From a virus (Duplodnaviria > Caudoviricetes): a stretch of DNA of 50,836 nucleotides. The notes under the pieces were generated by a model, which did no database searches, was not told the DNA's origin, and worked only from the letters and a program-made list of their open reading frames with translations. The first letter of the stretch is position 1. Every line of letters begins with the position of its first letter. The stretch is taken from IMG/VR virus record IMGVR_UViG_3300020016_000007, positions 1 to 50,836 of that record; one strand, given 5' to 3'. Below are positions 26,701 to 35,741 of this stretch, one piece after another. The translations under genes and the position numbers were made by a program.

Positions 26701-29126
26701 ACTGAACGTAGCACATGATCGAAGTGATCAAGTCTAGTAATAGCGAGATAAGCAGATTGTTCTAATTCAGAAGCAGGACGTTGGTAGTTAGTCAACCAAT
26801 GGTTTTGTATTTCTTGGGGCGTCTGCATATAGTACCCCGGAAGTTTAGTAACAGGGTCTTCTGCAGTCTGTGCAAATACTAATGCACGAGTGAAGTCTTT
26901 AGCAGGAGTACGTCCAACACCTTTAAGGTAAGTAGCAGGGCGGTGAGTAATAAGATCATCACGGTAAAGTTTTTCAACTGGAGCTATCTCTTGCTGGACA
27001 AACTCTAAGAACCTTGTTTGCCCGAAGACAGTCTTAGCTCGGTTCTCGTTCTCTACAACAGACAAGGTGTCATAAGGATTACGGACCAAACCTATGACAG
27101 CATTACCTACTTTAGTAACACCTCCGGTATCTTTATTACTTATACTCTTGGCTTTGTCTTCAAGTACTAATGCATCTCTGATGCGAGTTTGAACTTCATT
27201 CAGAGGAATAGTAACAACAAGGTGGAAGCCTAATCCTTGCTGTTCAATACGAGCAGTCTGCTCAGTTACTTCAGGAAGGAACTTACCAGTCTTAGTATTA
27301 TAAGGAATCATACCCGGCTGAGGTGTCGGAGAAGAGTCAACTTCAATGCCGTGTGTTACATAAAAACGAGTGCCTTTTTCATCAGTTTTTACACTCTCAA
27401 AGTCTTTAGCAGCAGCTTTAGGAATATAAAGAATATCAGCCGATTCACCTCCTACAACAATAGGATAACCATTGATAATAGCGTGATTACGTGCAAGCTC
27501 AGAAGAACTAAACCGATTACCGTCGTAGTTACCGATGTATACATCAATAGCTGTGGTATTCGAGTAAGGCTCATAGCGAGCGTCTGCGTTAAGGATTGTA
27601 TTTTGTTTACCGGGGAATAATGACCCGATGTTATCAAGTATATCTCGGTAGCCTTGCTCTGCAAGGACAGGCGTACGCATCACACGTACACTCTCTGTTA
27701 ATACATTGACAGCACGGTTCTCGTAGCCGTCTGCAGCACTCAGGAATCTTGTGTGTTGCTCTCTTGACAGGTCTCCCGGAGCATTACGTATAAGATCGGT
27801 ACGTGTTCGGTGTAGACTGAATAGGGTGTCTGTAGCATCACGAAGAGGATCAGGTTGAGTAGTACTTACGATAGCCTTCTGTACCGCAGCTTCTCTGGTA
27901 TCACCAGCACCCTCAGCAATCGTAGCCTTCGTGATCTTAGGAGAAGCAGAGGATTGAAGAACATCTGTGATAACCTTAGTCATCTGTTGGACCTGAGTTT
28001 CAGGAGGAACAGGACTACCGCGCAGGACTTCCTGCACAGACATAGCACCTCTACCTAGATTGTCAGACTCTATTAGAGCAGGAGGTCTGCCAGCAGGTCC
28101 AGCAGGAGGAGGAGGTCCACCACCGGGACGATACACACCATCAGGACCGGGGGCTAAGCCACCACGGTCTATAGGAGCAGCACGAGTGTTTCTTATCTGT
28201 CCTTTCGGAGCAACTAAACCAAGTGTAGCAACATTAAGAACTTCTAGAGCACTATCGAGGAACTTATCACTGGTGCTCATACCTACGACAGACTGGACAA
28301 ACTTATAAGCTAAGTCCTTATCGTAAGAACTAATAGCATTAGTAAGCCTATCCATCTCTGATTGGAATTGATCAGGAGGAAGCTTAAGAAGCTCCATTGC
28401 TTTGTTGTCTAGGATATTACCTAGGAAGTCAACGCTATCTGTATTAAGGTTCTTACGAAGAACATATCCTTCATAGAAACCCAGACTGAGTAGTTGTTTG
28501 AAGTCTAGGTCAGTAGGCGAACGATGTGTGATACCAAGAAAGTCTTTGAAGTTATATTGAGGTATCTTATCTAATTCAGCCTTGAGGTTCTCAGCTTTAG
28601 TTACAGCGTATTCTTTATTAGAAAGAATATCACTTCCCTTATCGAAGTACGCCTTGACTGCTTCAGAGTTATTTATTTCAGCATCCGTAAGGATGTTGTC
28701 AGGAATACGAGCAGCAGCTTCTTTAGTTGCATTGACGTACGCACGAGCATATGTCTGTTCGATGACTCCACCGGGACGTACTTCAGGAGGAGTTAAAGAT
28801 GCGATATCATTAAGAGTAAGTGTAGAGCCCTTAGTGGCAGCGAGATCAATGATAGCCTTCTGACGGACTTCCATTGCACCAGCTGTGATATTAAGAGCAG
28901 CATTCTCGCGGAGAACAGACTCTTTACCACCAGCGATATTACGATAGATTTCATCGTAGTCTTGCTTGACAATATCCCCCAAGCCCATATGAGCTTTATA
29001 GGCGCGTGACTTCGCAACCTCTTCATTAGGAGGCTGAGGAGGAGATATTCCTGTATCAATGTTTAATGTAGGTTGAGGCGGAGCGCTCTCAAGAGAAATA
29101 GGTTGAGAGACTTCTTCGGGTTCCAC
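23745..29126 (-). CDS. Large internal virion (ejection) protein
   Basis: 1793 aa; position typical of podovirus gp16-like proteins. Confidence 0.75.
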   Translation of the reverse strand: MEPEEVSQPISLESAPPQPTLNIDTGISPPQPPNEEVAKSRAYKAHMGLGDIVKQDYDEIYRNIAGGKESVLRENAALNITAGAMEVRQKAIIDLAATKGSTLTLNDIASLTPPEVRPGGVIEQTYARAYVNATKEAAARIPDNILTDAEINNSEAVKAYFDKGSDILSNKEYAVTKAENLKAELDKIPQYNFKDFLGITHRSPTDLDFKQLLSLGFYEGYVLRKNLNTDSVDFLGNILDNKAMELLKLPPDQFQSEMDRLTNAISSYDKDLAYKFVQSVVGMSTSDKFLDSALEVLNVATLGLVAPKGQIRNTRAAPIDRGGLAPGPDGVYRPGGGPPPPAGPAGRPPALIESDNLGRGAMSVQEVLRGSPVPPETQVQQMTKVITDVLQSSASPKITKATIAEGAGDTREAAVQKAIVSTTQPDPLRDATDTLFSLHRTRTDLIRNAPGDLSREQHTRFLSAADGYENRAVNVLTESVRVMRTPVLAEQGYRDILDNIGSLFPGKQNTILNADARYEPYSNTTAIDVYIGNYDGNRFSSSELARNHAIINGYPIVVGGESADILYIPKAAAKDFESVKTDEKGTRFYVTHGIEVDSSPTPQPGMIPYNTKTGKFLPEVTEQTARIEQQGLGFHLVVTIPLNEVQTRIRDALVLEDKAKSISNKDTGGVTKVGNAVIGLVRNPYDTLSVVENENRAKTVFGQTRFLEFVQQEIAPVEKLYRDDLITHRPATYLKGVGRTPAKDFTRALVFAQTAEDPVTKLPGYYMQTPQEIQNHWLTNYQRPASELEQSAYLAITRLDHFDHVLRSVMSYRNKARLGVMQMQFSTNKDGENTDSPWFEAQLLNKVPAIGDDVMLIVSSDGSEKYWHNMNPDNKEAFRELVKHGQFTGGQIYNPEARPISRTDSDGNELRIRYIFSNNMKVKPITYDQVGYRGGGHWEYDYDHSVKQSIIRPQKVGSKFEHIYEGDSTFGFVTSRAQGEDFAKHMNEIARLIRARDARGAKAYAKNVFDIEWKKLYAGFRPSKNPVTGEIQPPRFSSDPRQEFRVVPKGKTIADLDQQLAEKYTKTTPDGGIVSTFVDGTKHGSLARNFQVAYTQPRDSYALNEFFNKGSGARPFYEFRPASLTDPITALTRAMERAVSSIYMDDMKITAAEHWLQENLDLFEDPKALVRSSPFWYLREGKLKSNPDTALRRINAETNRYKIKDFLGEPSKIDTVMHGLRQSMSDAIYAAEVSRPIAAVSNKAPTLGKIIKAPLLAPEWLLDRVSAPVDFLRGMTFHTTLGLLNWTQLTAQSMAYATIYALADVDHAAAGSFGALLHQWSRINKKPDIVSAMDTKATMFGWRPGEFTEAMKFLDRSGFGVIGNTISLDNGMHKKNFFISDGGRFLRSSQIFFDLANQNVRYGAYYTAFYEFRKKNPFKKITQVEEGQILYRANYFNSLMSRDANTILNKGLVGVPMMFFDYIKKVGDVFWSRNLAPTFAGRMKVRAKMFLINSMLFGAVTSTGLTLIPGGDLIRQKALENGYVPGKNMVSTLLMEGPLSMLGATITGGMDMSKGTFYDFNNRFGPGGYQILRDLLEADTPFWKILTGAVGSKIGDTLSRLSPFTQAMYSQLQSDPNKKVFKLTMDDWYQAPDVINSWKMGRRMIYAEAYGKWLDSHGRPVNDIGKIDAMFRTLSGLRDVVEDDMYLRNKINKERQQNYLRAINDFEHYAYLGQQDALNGNRDQAIKHMTNAFFQLESAMVPLEMQAKAIQRLATMNRGTLAKNLDRFYLSLIPTDKRQIYNEAYQQLHKREQ

Positions 29127-29776
29127 TAGTACAAACTTCCTGTTATATTAAAAGGATTGAACCCACTACTTGCGCTTGAACTCTTGCCAAAGCCTTGTGA
29201 GAATTGTCCTACAATAGGACCAGCTTTCATTACAGTACCTCCAAGAGATGTTAATCCTTGAGCTTCAGCAGACTTGCCACTAGCCTCAGCCATATCTCCA
29301 CCGAGACTGGCCATCTGGATTTTATCCTGAGATATAACGCTGTTGTAACCAGCTATCTTTCTACCACTAGCAAGCGCACTATCGACACCAATTTCATTAA
29401 AGAAGCCTTGATCGGCAATCTGCGCCATACCACCTTGTAATCCTGTACCAAATTGAGCACCTTGGTTAACTGCGGTAGATAATGATTGAGACCGTGCACG
29501 TTGAACATTACGCATGTTCTCAAGCTGCATACGACGACCTTCTAGTTCCATTTGCTGTTGTTTAACGTCATTGATACCTTGTTCTTGACGGGCTACATCC
29601 ATAGAAACACCAGCTTGCTGTTTGGCAATCCTAGCTTTATCTTCTTCAGCATGTGACTGTTGCACACCACCGAAGATACTCATTCCTAATCCGACAGCAC
29701 TAACTGCTGCACCTAGAAAATTACCTGTAAGGGCATTAAGTCCAAAGCCTGCTAATGCTCCAAAATCAAAGGACAT
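29126..29776 (-). CDS. Internal virion protein (gp14-like)
   Basis: Hydrophobic Gly/Ala N-terminus, Gln-rich coiled coil, Gly-rich C-terminus. Confidence 0.7.
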   Translation of the reverse strand: MSFDFGALAGFGLNALTGNFLGAAVSAVGLGMSIFGGVQQSHAEEDKARIAKQQAGVSMDVARQEQGINDVKQQQMELEGRRMQLENMRNVQRARSQSLSTAVNQGAQFGTGLQGGMAQIADQGFFNEIGVDSALASGRKIAGYNSVISQDKIQMASLGGDMAEASGKSAEAQGLTSLGGTVMKAGPIVGQFSQGFGKSSSASSGFNPFNITGSLY

Positions 29777-32091
29777 TATATACTCATATTCTGTGTTTCA
29801 AACGTAGACCACCCGAAGATATTAAAAGGCTCGCCGTCTGTAGATTGTAGTTTAAATTGAAGTATCAAGCCTCGACCTCGGATGCGATGTTTACGAATAA
29901 TGACTGCGAAGTTAGGATTTAAATTATTTACTAACTGTAACGTACTCCATTTCCCGCTATTACCAGTTATGGCGTAATCCCACAATCCTTGTATTTTATA
30001 CGAAGTAGGTTCGTCATTCCCAGAATACATATAAATATACGGAATTTGAAAATGGCGTTGAGCTTGTCCATGAACTTTATACCCAGTTACAAAGAAGCTT
30101 GTATAATTAATTCCACCTGTAACAGTCACCCAGTCTTTATAACTAATATCATATTCTTCAGCGTAAAAAAGATTACTATTAGATGAAGATGGATACTTAA
30201 AGCTCGGAGGAACCGTACCGGGAGAAGATACATACAGTATCCCATTTATACTGGCTGTTGTAGTCGCATCTATAGTATAAGGATAGAAAGCTTTATTATA
30301 CGTATTGTAGTTAAGAATTCTATTAAACGAATACCGATCAGTAGCATTAGCGAATTCAGTATCACGGTAAACCCACTGTATTACGTAATCAATAGGATGA
30401 TAAGCACCACGGACGTACTTCTTACAAGTAACAGGAATTTCATTATAGAAAGAAAGAATAGTCCCAACCGTAATAGGGTTGACTTCTAATCCACCTTGCT
30501 GTGAAGGTTGTATCATGTAGATACCTTCTTCATTCCAAAAGTAAGGAAGACCATTGACATTAATGAAGGAAGTCGAACTAATACTTCTGACATAAGATAT
30601 ATTAGTTACAGTATAGTCATTCGCAGAGAAACCAATACCTCTACTCCCAGTTATAAACCAAATGCCATTAGATGCGAAGACAAGTAAACCATTCTGAATA
30701 GGGAATAGTTTATAGATATTACCACTTCCAAGGATAGTTATAATACCACCATCGGTAGGAAGAAGATCAAATAATGTTTCAGAAGTAGGATCGTTCTGTT
30801 GATAACATTTACTTAGATCAGTTGGGGATTGAACTATCTGGGAGAAATATATATTCTCTGTCCAAGTGTATTGAGCAGCATCTCCCGTAGGAGCTTGCTG
30901 TGCGTCCACACCAGTAAACCAAGCACGACCTGCGAACCAAGCGCCAGTTCTGGGTCTTGACGTTGTAGTTATATTAGTAACAGGTTGACCTGATACACCT
31001 GATTGATTTTGATTAAACGCATTCAGAATGTAGTGTCCCTTAGGAGCATTACCTGATGTAGGTGTAAAGTTATTAGCTGTAGTCGCCGGATCGAAGACGC
31101 CAGAAGAATTCTTAAATCTCCACCAGACATCTGAATTGGATGGGAAGCTTCCAGTAGCTACGCCGAACGATGAAGCATAACCAAGACTAATCGGGTAGAT
31201 AGTCCAGCTACTTCCTGTAGCGACACCCGGAGTTTGCTGGAACGTTGCAGCGTGAACTACTAGTGTAGTTCCTGCATAGGAGGTCACTGTTCCTGTTGCG
31301 TATGCTCCTGCATACATTCCGGGGAAGTCAGGACCTGTATAAACAATTTGAACAGTCTGTCCGGGAGATACTCCGACTAGACCAGCAGCTACAGTAAAGT
31401 TAGGATTGACATTTCCTGCCCCAGAATTCCAAGGAGTTGTTGACAAACCCGTCCAAGCATTGACTGTAATCCATCCTTGGTTACCTAAATTGTATCCATG
31501 TTCAGCAGTAAGAATTGACGTAGGAGGTCTTATGTCAGCACCGATTGGTTCTGAATATCCTGTGAAATCTCTTACTTGAACAGGTATAGAAGTAGCTGTA
31601 ACAGTGTTACCTGCGTATGTACAATATATTGGTTCGCAATTAGGATGGAAGATAAGTAAATAACCATTACCGTCTGCGTACTGACATTCAGCAGTAAAGT
31701 CAAAAACAATTGTATTAATTGCAATGAAGGTTAAAAGATTAACTGTCGTTGCGAGTTTCTGAGTAGACAGAGGGGCAGTAGCAGTAACAGCACTAGACTT
31801 GTAGAAATAAATATCACTACCAACTTGACGAACAACTAATTGAGTTAATCCATCCCCACCCGCTAAATCCCACTTATAATCTGATAAGCCATTATTTGTA
31901 CGACTCTTTGAAAATGGAATTCCATTCAGTTCTTTATCTACACCTAAACGACGTGTAACATTACCTACAAGTGTATAGACACAATTATCTGTATCCGTCG
32001 CTGCATTCTCAGGGAAATTCAACCCTGTAAATTCAGTGATAAGACCTTTAGTAAAATTGTTTTCTACAGAAGTAATTACTTGGGAAGGCAC
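29776..32091 (-). CDS. Tail tubular protein B / nozzle
   Basis: NNFTKGLITE start, IYFSQ...CYQ.NDPT, RGRG..LQ; beta-rich 771 aa. Confidence 0.85.
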   Translation of the reverse strand: MPSQVITSVENNFTKGLITEFTGLNFPENAATDTDNCVYTLVGNVTRRLGVDKELNGIPFSKSRTNNGLSDYKWDLAGGDGLTQLVVRQVGSDIYFYKSSAVTATAPLSTQKLATTVNLLTFIAINTIVFDFTAECQYADGNGYLLIFHPNCEPIYCTYAGNTVTATSIPVQVRDFTGYSEPIGADIRPPTSILTAEHGYNLGNQGWITVNAWTGLSTTPWNSGAGNVNPNFTVAAGLVGVSPGQTVQIVYTGPDFPGMYAGAYATGTVTSYAGTTLVVHAATFQQTPGVATGSSWTIYPISLGYASSFGVATGSFPSNSDVWWRFKNSSGVFDPATTANNFTPTSGNAPKGHYILNAFNQNQSGVSGQPVTNITTTSRPRTGAWFAGRAWFTGVDAQQAPTGDAAQYTWTENIYFSQIVQSPTDLSKCYQQNDPTSETLFDLLPTDGGIITILGSGNIYKLFPIQNGLLVFASNGIWFITGSRGIGFSANDYTVTNISYVRSISSTSFINVNGLPYFWNEEGIYMIQPSQQGGLEVNPITVGTILSFYNEIPVTCKKYVRGAYHPIDYVIQWVYRDTEFANATDRYSFNRILNYNTYNKAFYPYTIDATTTASINGILYVSSPGTVPPSFKYPSSSNSNLFYAEEYDISYKDWVTVTGGINYTSFFVTGYKVHGQAQRHFQIPYIYMYSGNDEPTSYKIQGLWDYAITGNSGKWSTLQLVNNLNPNFAVIIRKHRIRGRGLILQFKLQSTDGEPFNIFGWSTFETQNMSI

Positions 32092-32387
32092 TAATCTATT
32101 ACCTGATTGATCTCGATATTACGAGGATTGTAATAAGCGTCAGCGTATTTCTTAAGTGCCTTGAAAGAAGTAAACTTACACTTCAAAGGTTCAGGAACTC
32201 CTCCCATATCATACTTAAAGGACCACAGAGTTGTCTGCGGGTCCATGACGGCATGTAATTTATTTTCACCATTAAACAATCTAGGGTCAGCAGCACCTAG
32301 TGTATTAAGAGGTTTCTTGCCTTCCATTACAGAAAGAGATAACACTCTATCTGCGCTTTTCATTTTACTTTCAGGCGATATTGCCAT
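32091..32387 (-). CDS. Hypothetical protein between tail A and tail B
   Basis: GGVPEPLKCKFTS motif; translationally coupled. Confidence 0.6.
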   Translation of the reverse strand: MAISPESKMKSADRVLSLSVMEGKKPLNTLGAADPRLFNGENKLHAVMDPQTTLWSFKYDMGGVPEPLKCKFTSFKALKKYADAYYNPRNIEINQVID

Positions 32388-33286
32388 TAGAATGCATCCC
32401 ATCCACGTGCTTTGAATTGACTGATATTACTGCGATAGCCTCCACCGTGCCTACCGAAGTCAGGGAGAGCGTCAAAGTAAGTCGGTCTGTCTATGACAGC
32501 CTTCTTCTTTTGAACCGCTGTCCAGCCTCGCTTAACCTCTTGTGTGGCTAATGCGTGTGGCTGTTGCTTCAATTCATAAAAGGCTAATGCGGTTGCTTCA
32601 TTGACAAGTAACTGGAACTCTTCATCTGCCAGACCGGGGATAAAGCTGTCTTCCATTTCAAAATGAGGGACTACTCTACCTAGAGCCATAGTCTTACTAG
32701 CTTGAAGTGTAGTATCTTGAGTATTATCAAAGGCATCAAAGATGACGTAGAAGTTGCTCAAGATCGTACAGAAGCGGGGCTGTTGTTGGTTCTTGTAATA
32801 GAACGTATAGTTAGTATCGTAGTTATTACTTGTATCTTGGAAGGTAAAGCTTTCGACGTCAGACTCTTCAGGATTAAACCTGTTTACCATGTCTATAAAC
32901 TGCCTGACAGGTAATATCGTGACATACAAATACCCCGGAGGTGGGTTCACCCCACTGCCAGAATTATTCTGAAGATCAGTATTAATACCGTGACTACCAA
33001 CTGAAGTACCGTCTGTGATATTACTATCGAAGTACTTCAACCATTTAATCTCCGCAATGCCTGTAGGAACGTACATCAATACTGGAGAAGTAGCATCAAG
33101 AGAAGGATCAAGCTGGATAAGTTGATCATGTTCAGGGATACCAACTCGACTAACGATGTCGAAGTATTTATTCTTGATTATATTAGCAACCTGAAGAGAT
33201 TCCGGAGAATCACTGATGCTATTGACTTCATCAGAACTCATCCTTGAAAGAATGTTCTGAGTCATGTCAAGAAGTGTTTGTTTCAT
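32387..33286 (-). CDS. Tail tubular protein A (adaptor)
   Basis: TLLDMTQNILS.MSSDEVNSISD..ES.QVA N-terminus typical of gp11-like proteins. Confidence 0.85.
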   Translation of the reverse strand: MKQTLLDMTQNILSRMSSDEVNSISDSPESLQVANIIKNKYFDIVSRVGIPEHDQLIQLDPSLDATSPVLMYVPTGIAEIKWLKYFDSNITDGTSVGSHGINTDLQNNSGSGVNPPPGYLYVTILPVRQFIDMVNRFNPEESDVESFTFQDTSNNYDTNYTFYYKNQQQPRFCTILSNFYVIFDAFDNTQDTTLQASKTMALGRVVPHFEMEDSFIPGLADEEFQLLVNEATALAFYELKQQPHALATQEVKRGWTAVQKKKAVIDRPTYFDALPDFGRHGGGYRSNISQFKARGWDAF

Positions 33287-33651
33287 TTACGGTTCCACAT
33301 ATTGATGCCGATATTACCAAGTAGGAAGACTACGACTGCGTAAGGAAGATAAGATACGCTATCCGGGTATTTCTCGACATGAAACATCAAGTCAGGATAA
33401 CGGATAGCTACGACAGTATCCCACCCAATAAGCATAGCCCAGACAACAGTCGGAAAACACAGCATGTCACGCATAAGGCGAAGACCGATGTCATCTTGAG
33501 TTGTCTGGATTATCTGTGCAGATACCTTAGATTCTTCGATATCAGAACTACGATTAGTCTTCAGCGTGTCAAGTTTTACATCTTGCCACTTCGTGAAGAT
33601 ACTAATGATGCCCTGAATGATCGGGCCAAGTAAAGGTATCCAACTTAACAT
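33283..33651 (-). CDS. Membrane protein, holin candidate
   Basis: Several hydrophobic segments; in the lysis cluster. Confidence 0.55.
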   Translation of the reverse strand: MLSWIPLLGPIIQGIISIFTKWQDVKLDTLKTNRSSDIEESKVSAQIIQTTQDDIGLRLMRDMLCFPTVVWAMLIGWDTVVAIRYPDLMFHVEKYPDSVSYLPYAVVVFLLGNIGINMWNRK

Positions 33652-33992
33652 TACTTAACTTCCGGAGTTTCGGAGAGAGTCTTTTTAATCTGTTTCTTAG
33701 CTTTTTTGACCACAGGAGCTTCATCAACAGCTGCCTGAACCTTCAAGAGAGGATCATTAGCGCGACGGGTAATTTCAGAGAAGATACCCTTTACAAAAGC
33801 AATAGCCCCGAGAGCCATTACCTGAGTCTTATTAAAAGCAGTCCCTGCCCCAAAGAGAGAGGTAAGAGGAGACCAGTCCATAAATCCTACACCAGCTACA
33901 ATAAGACCAGTGAGAGCCGTAATACGAGCTTCGATGATTGACCCGACCGGACCAAGTACGGTCCAAATCTTGTCTTTAATTTCCTTGAACAT
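33651..33992 (-). CDS. Membrane protein, holin or antiholin candidate
   Basis: Two hydrophobic segments and a basic C-terminus; directly downstream of the endolysin. Confidence 0.5.
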   Translation of the reverse strand: MFKEIKDKIWTVLGPVGSIIEARITALTGLIVAGVGFMDWSPLTSLFGAGTAFNKTQVMALGAIAFVKGIFSEITRRANDPLLKVQAAVDEAPVVKKAKKQIKKTLSETPEVK

Positions 33993-34698
33993 TTGTCGTC
34001 TTTCTATTTCGATAAAGATGTACACCAACGTCAATCGCCAGTGCTAGGGCAGCAGCGCCCAGTGTGTATAGTATCCAGTGATCAGCAAAGCCATTCCACG
34101 TAGTGGCTAGTCCACTGACAGTACCAGCAGCAACAACAGTTCCAACCGGAATAGTTGCTTTCTGGAAGACTCCCATGAACTTCAATAAGCCAGCGCAACC
34201 AAGCTGAGTATCAACGTGATTAGGATCGTAAACCCCATCAGCAACATACTTGCCTTTGACATACTGATTAGTCCCTGCCCAGATATAAGGTGAAGGAACA
34301 CCCTTGTTGTAATAACCTAATCCGTTATACTTCTCCAATAAAGCTAACGTTCCACCGACGGACCAATCATGGTTAGCGGCAGCATAAGGTGGACATTTAG
34401 TGAGTGCATCAACTGCACCATCTTCCCAAGTAGCGAACGGTCCACGTCCTTTAGGCTTGTGTGTAGATTTCTTATTAAGAGGGTCGCCTTGCCCTAATTG
34501 TGTATTCCAATTCTGTGAAGCTTCACGCTCATGGATAACAGCAATGACATGCCAAGGAACACCAGTAAGTTTTTCAACCTTCTGATATCTATCCTTACTT
34601 GCCATCAAACGATTGGCGACCTTCTCAAATAGAGGTCCTTTATCAGCGGAGACTTTACAGTCAGCCCAACGTTTAGCGTTTTGTTCTTGAAGAGTCAT
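33976..34698 (-). CDS. Endolysin (lysozyme-like, COG5526-type) with C-terminal TM segment
   Basis: IH.RE.S, QGDPL, GRGPF..WE, LEKYNG.GY, SPY.W.GT, GKYVADG motifs. Confidence 0.85.
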   Translation of the reverse strand: MTLQEQNAKRWADCKVSADKGPLFEKVANRLMASKDRYQKVEKLTGVPWHVIAVIHEREASQNWNTQLGQGDPLNKKSTHKPKGRGPFATWEDGAVDALTKCPPYAAANHDWSVGGTLALLEKYNGLGYYNKGVPSPYIWAGTNQYVKGKYVADGVYDPNHVDTQLGCAGLLKFMGVFQKATIPVGTVVAAGTVSGLATTWNGFADHWILYTLGAAALALAIDVGVHLYRNRKTTNVQGN

Positions 34699-35741
34699 CG
34701 TGCGCGCCTAGCTCCTATAAAGCCATAATATTTGGGATTACTTGAACCGCCAGTAAAGTTAGCGTAGCAACTCAAGAAGATTGTAGTCGTACTTGCGAGA
34801 GATATTCGTCCACTTCCTGCAGAGACAGCGATGTTAGAAGTTGTACTTCCAACCCACATAGTCATCATACCATTATTAGGACGTGTAGGAACTGTAGCCG
34901 ACGTGGATGAAATCCAAGCTTCTGAAACAAGTAAAGTACAAGCCCCTGCGTTATCTGAATAGACAACACCATCGACATCCCAGTCACCTGCTGTTAAAGA
35001 GATGCTAGTGATATTAACTGGAGTAGCAGTAGCTGTTGCAGGTGTTTCACCAGCTATCAATACCTGAGAAGATATATACTCGCCAAGAGTCCCAGCAGTA
35101 GCAAGACCGCTAGTCGCAACAGCGGGTATAGAGCCTGCATTGATTCTAAGGTCATTTGTAGAGTTCGTTAATCCTGTGCTTAGTGTGAATGCACCTGTGT
35201 TACCTGCAATGCTTGTGACAGCACTGACTCCCTGTATACTAGTAAGAGTTGCTCTCTTCAATGCATTGCTTGCAGCAGAGTCTACAATCATTACCGAGTC
35301 AGCACCGATTGGAGTAGCTTTGCTAGTCAAGGCAGGGATAGAAATATCTGCAGGAGCAGCTGCACTTCCAGTAGAGTTGCCCTTCAAAGTAAAGGCAGCC
35401 ATATTAGTTTCACTAGCCCAACCAAAATCGAAGCTAGTATTGCTGTTCTTAGTAAGCTTCTGTCCGGTTGTACCACCTGCAGGAACATTGCCTGCAGCTA
35501 CTGTTACAGCATTAAGCTGTGCAAGAGTTACTGGTTCTGCATTTGTAGTAGCAGTCGGTAGATTAAGAATAGGATTACTATTCATATCAATACTAGCCCC
35601 CATTGTATTGGGGGAAGTACCGTCTCTACTAAGAGTATTATCAAACGCTGTTTCCAACGTTTGATTATTACCATTTATAATAGTAACTGCAGAAGTTTCA
35701 TTCTGCAGATTTACTAAATCGTTGAGTGTTATCTTAGACAT
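34695..35741 (-). CDS. Tail fibre/spike protein 2
   Basis: N-terminal anchor FDNTLSRDGTSPN.M...DMNSN; Thr/Ser/Gly-rich. Confidence 0.75.
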   Translation of the reverse strand: MSKITLNDLVNLQNETSAVTIINGNNQTLETAFDNTLSRDGTSPNTMGASIDMNSNPILNLPTATTNAEPVTLAQLNAVTVAAGNVPAGGTTGQKLTKNSNTSFDFGWASETNMAAFTLKGNSTGSAAAPADISIPALTSKATPIGADSVMIVDSAASNALKRATLTSIQGVSAVTSIAGNTGAFTLSTGLTNSTNDLRINAGSIPAVATSGLATAGTLGEYISSQVLIAGETPATATATPVNITSISLTAGDWDVDGVVYSDNAGACTLLVSEAWISSTSATVPTRPNNGMMTMWVGSTTSNIAVSAGSGRISLASTTTIFLSCYANFTGGSSNPKYYGFIGARRAR

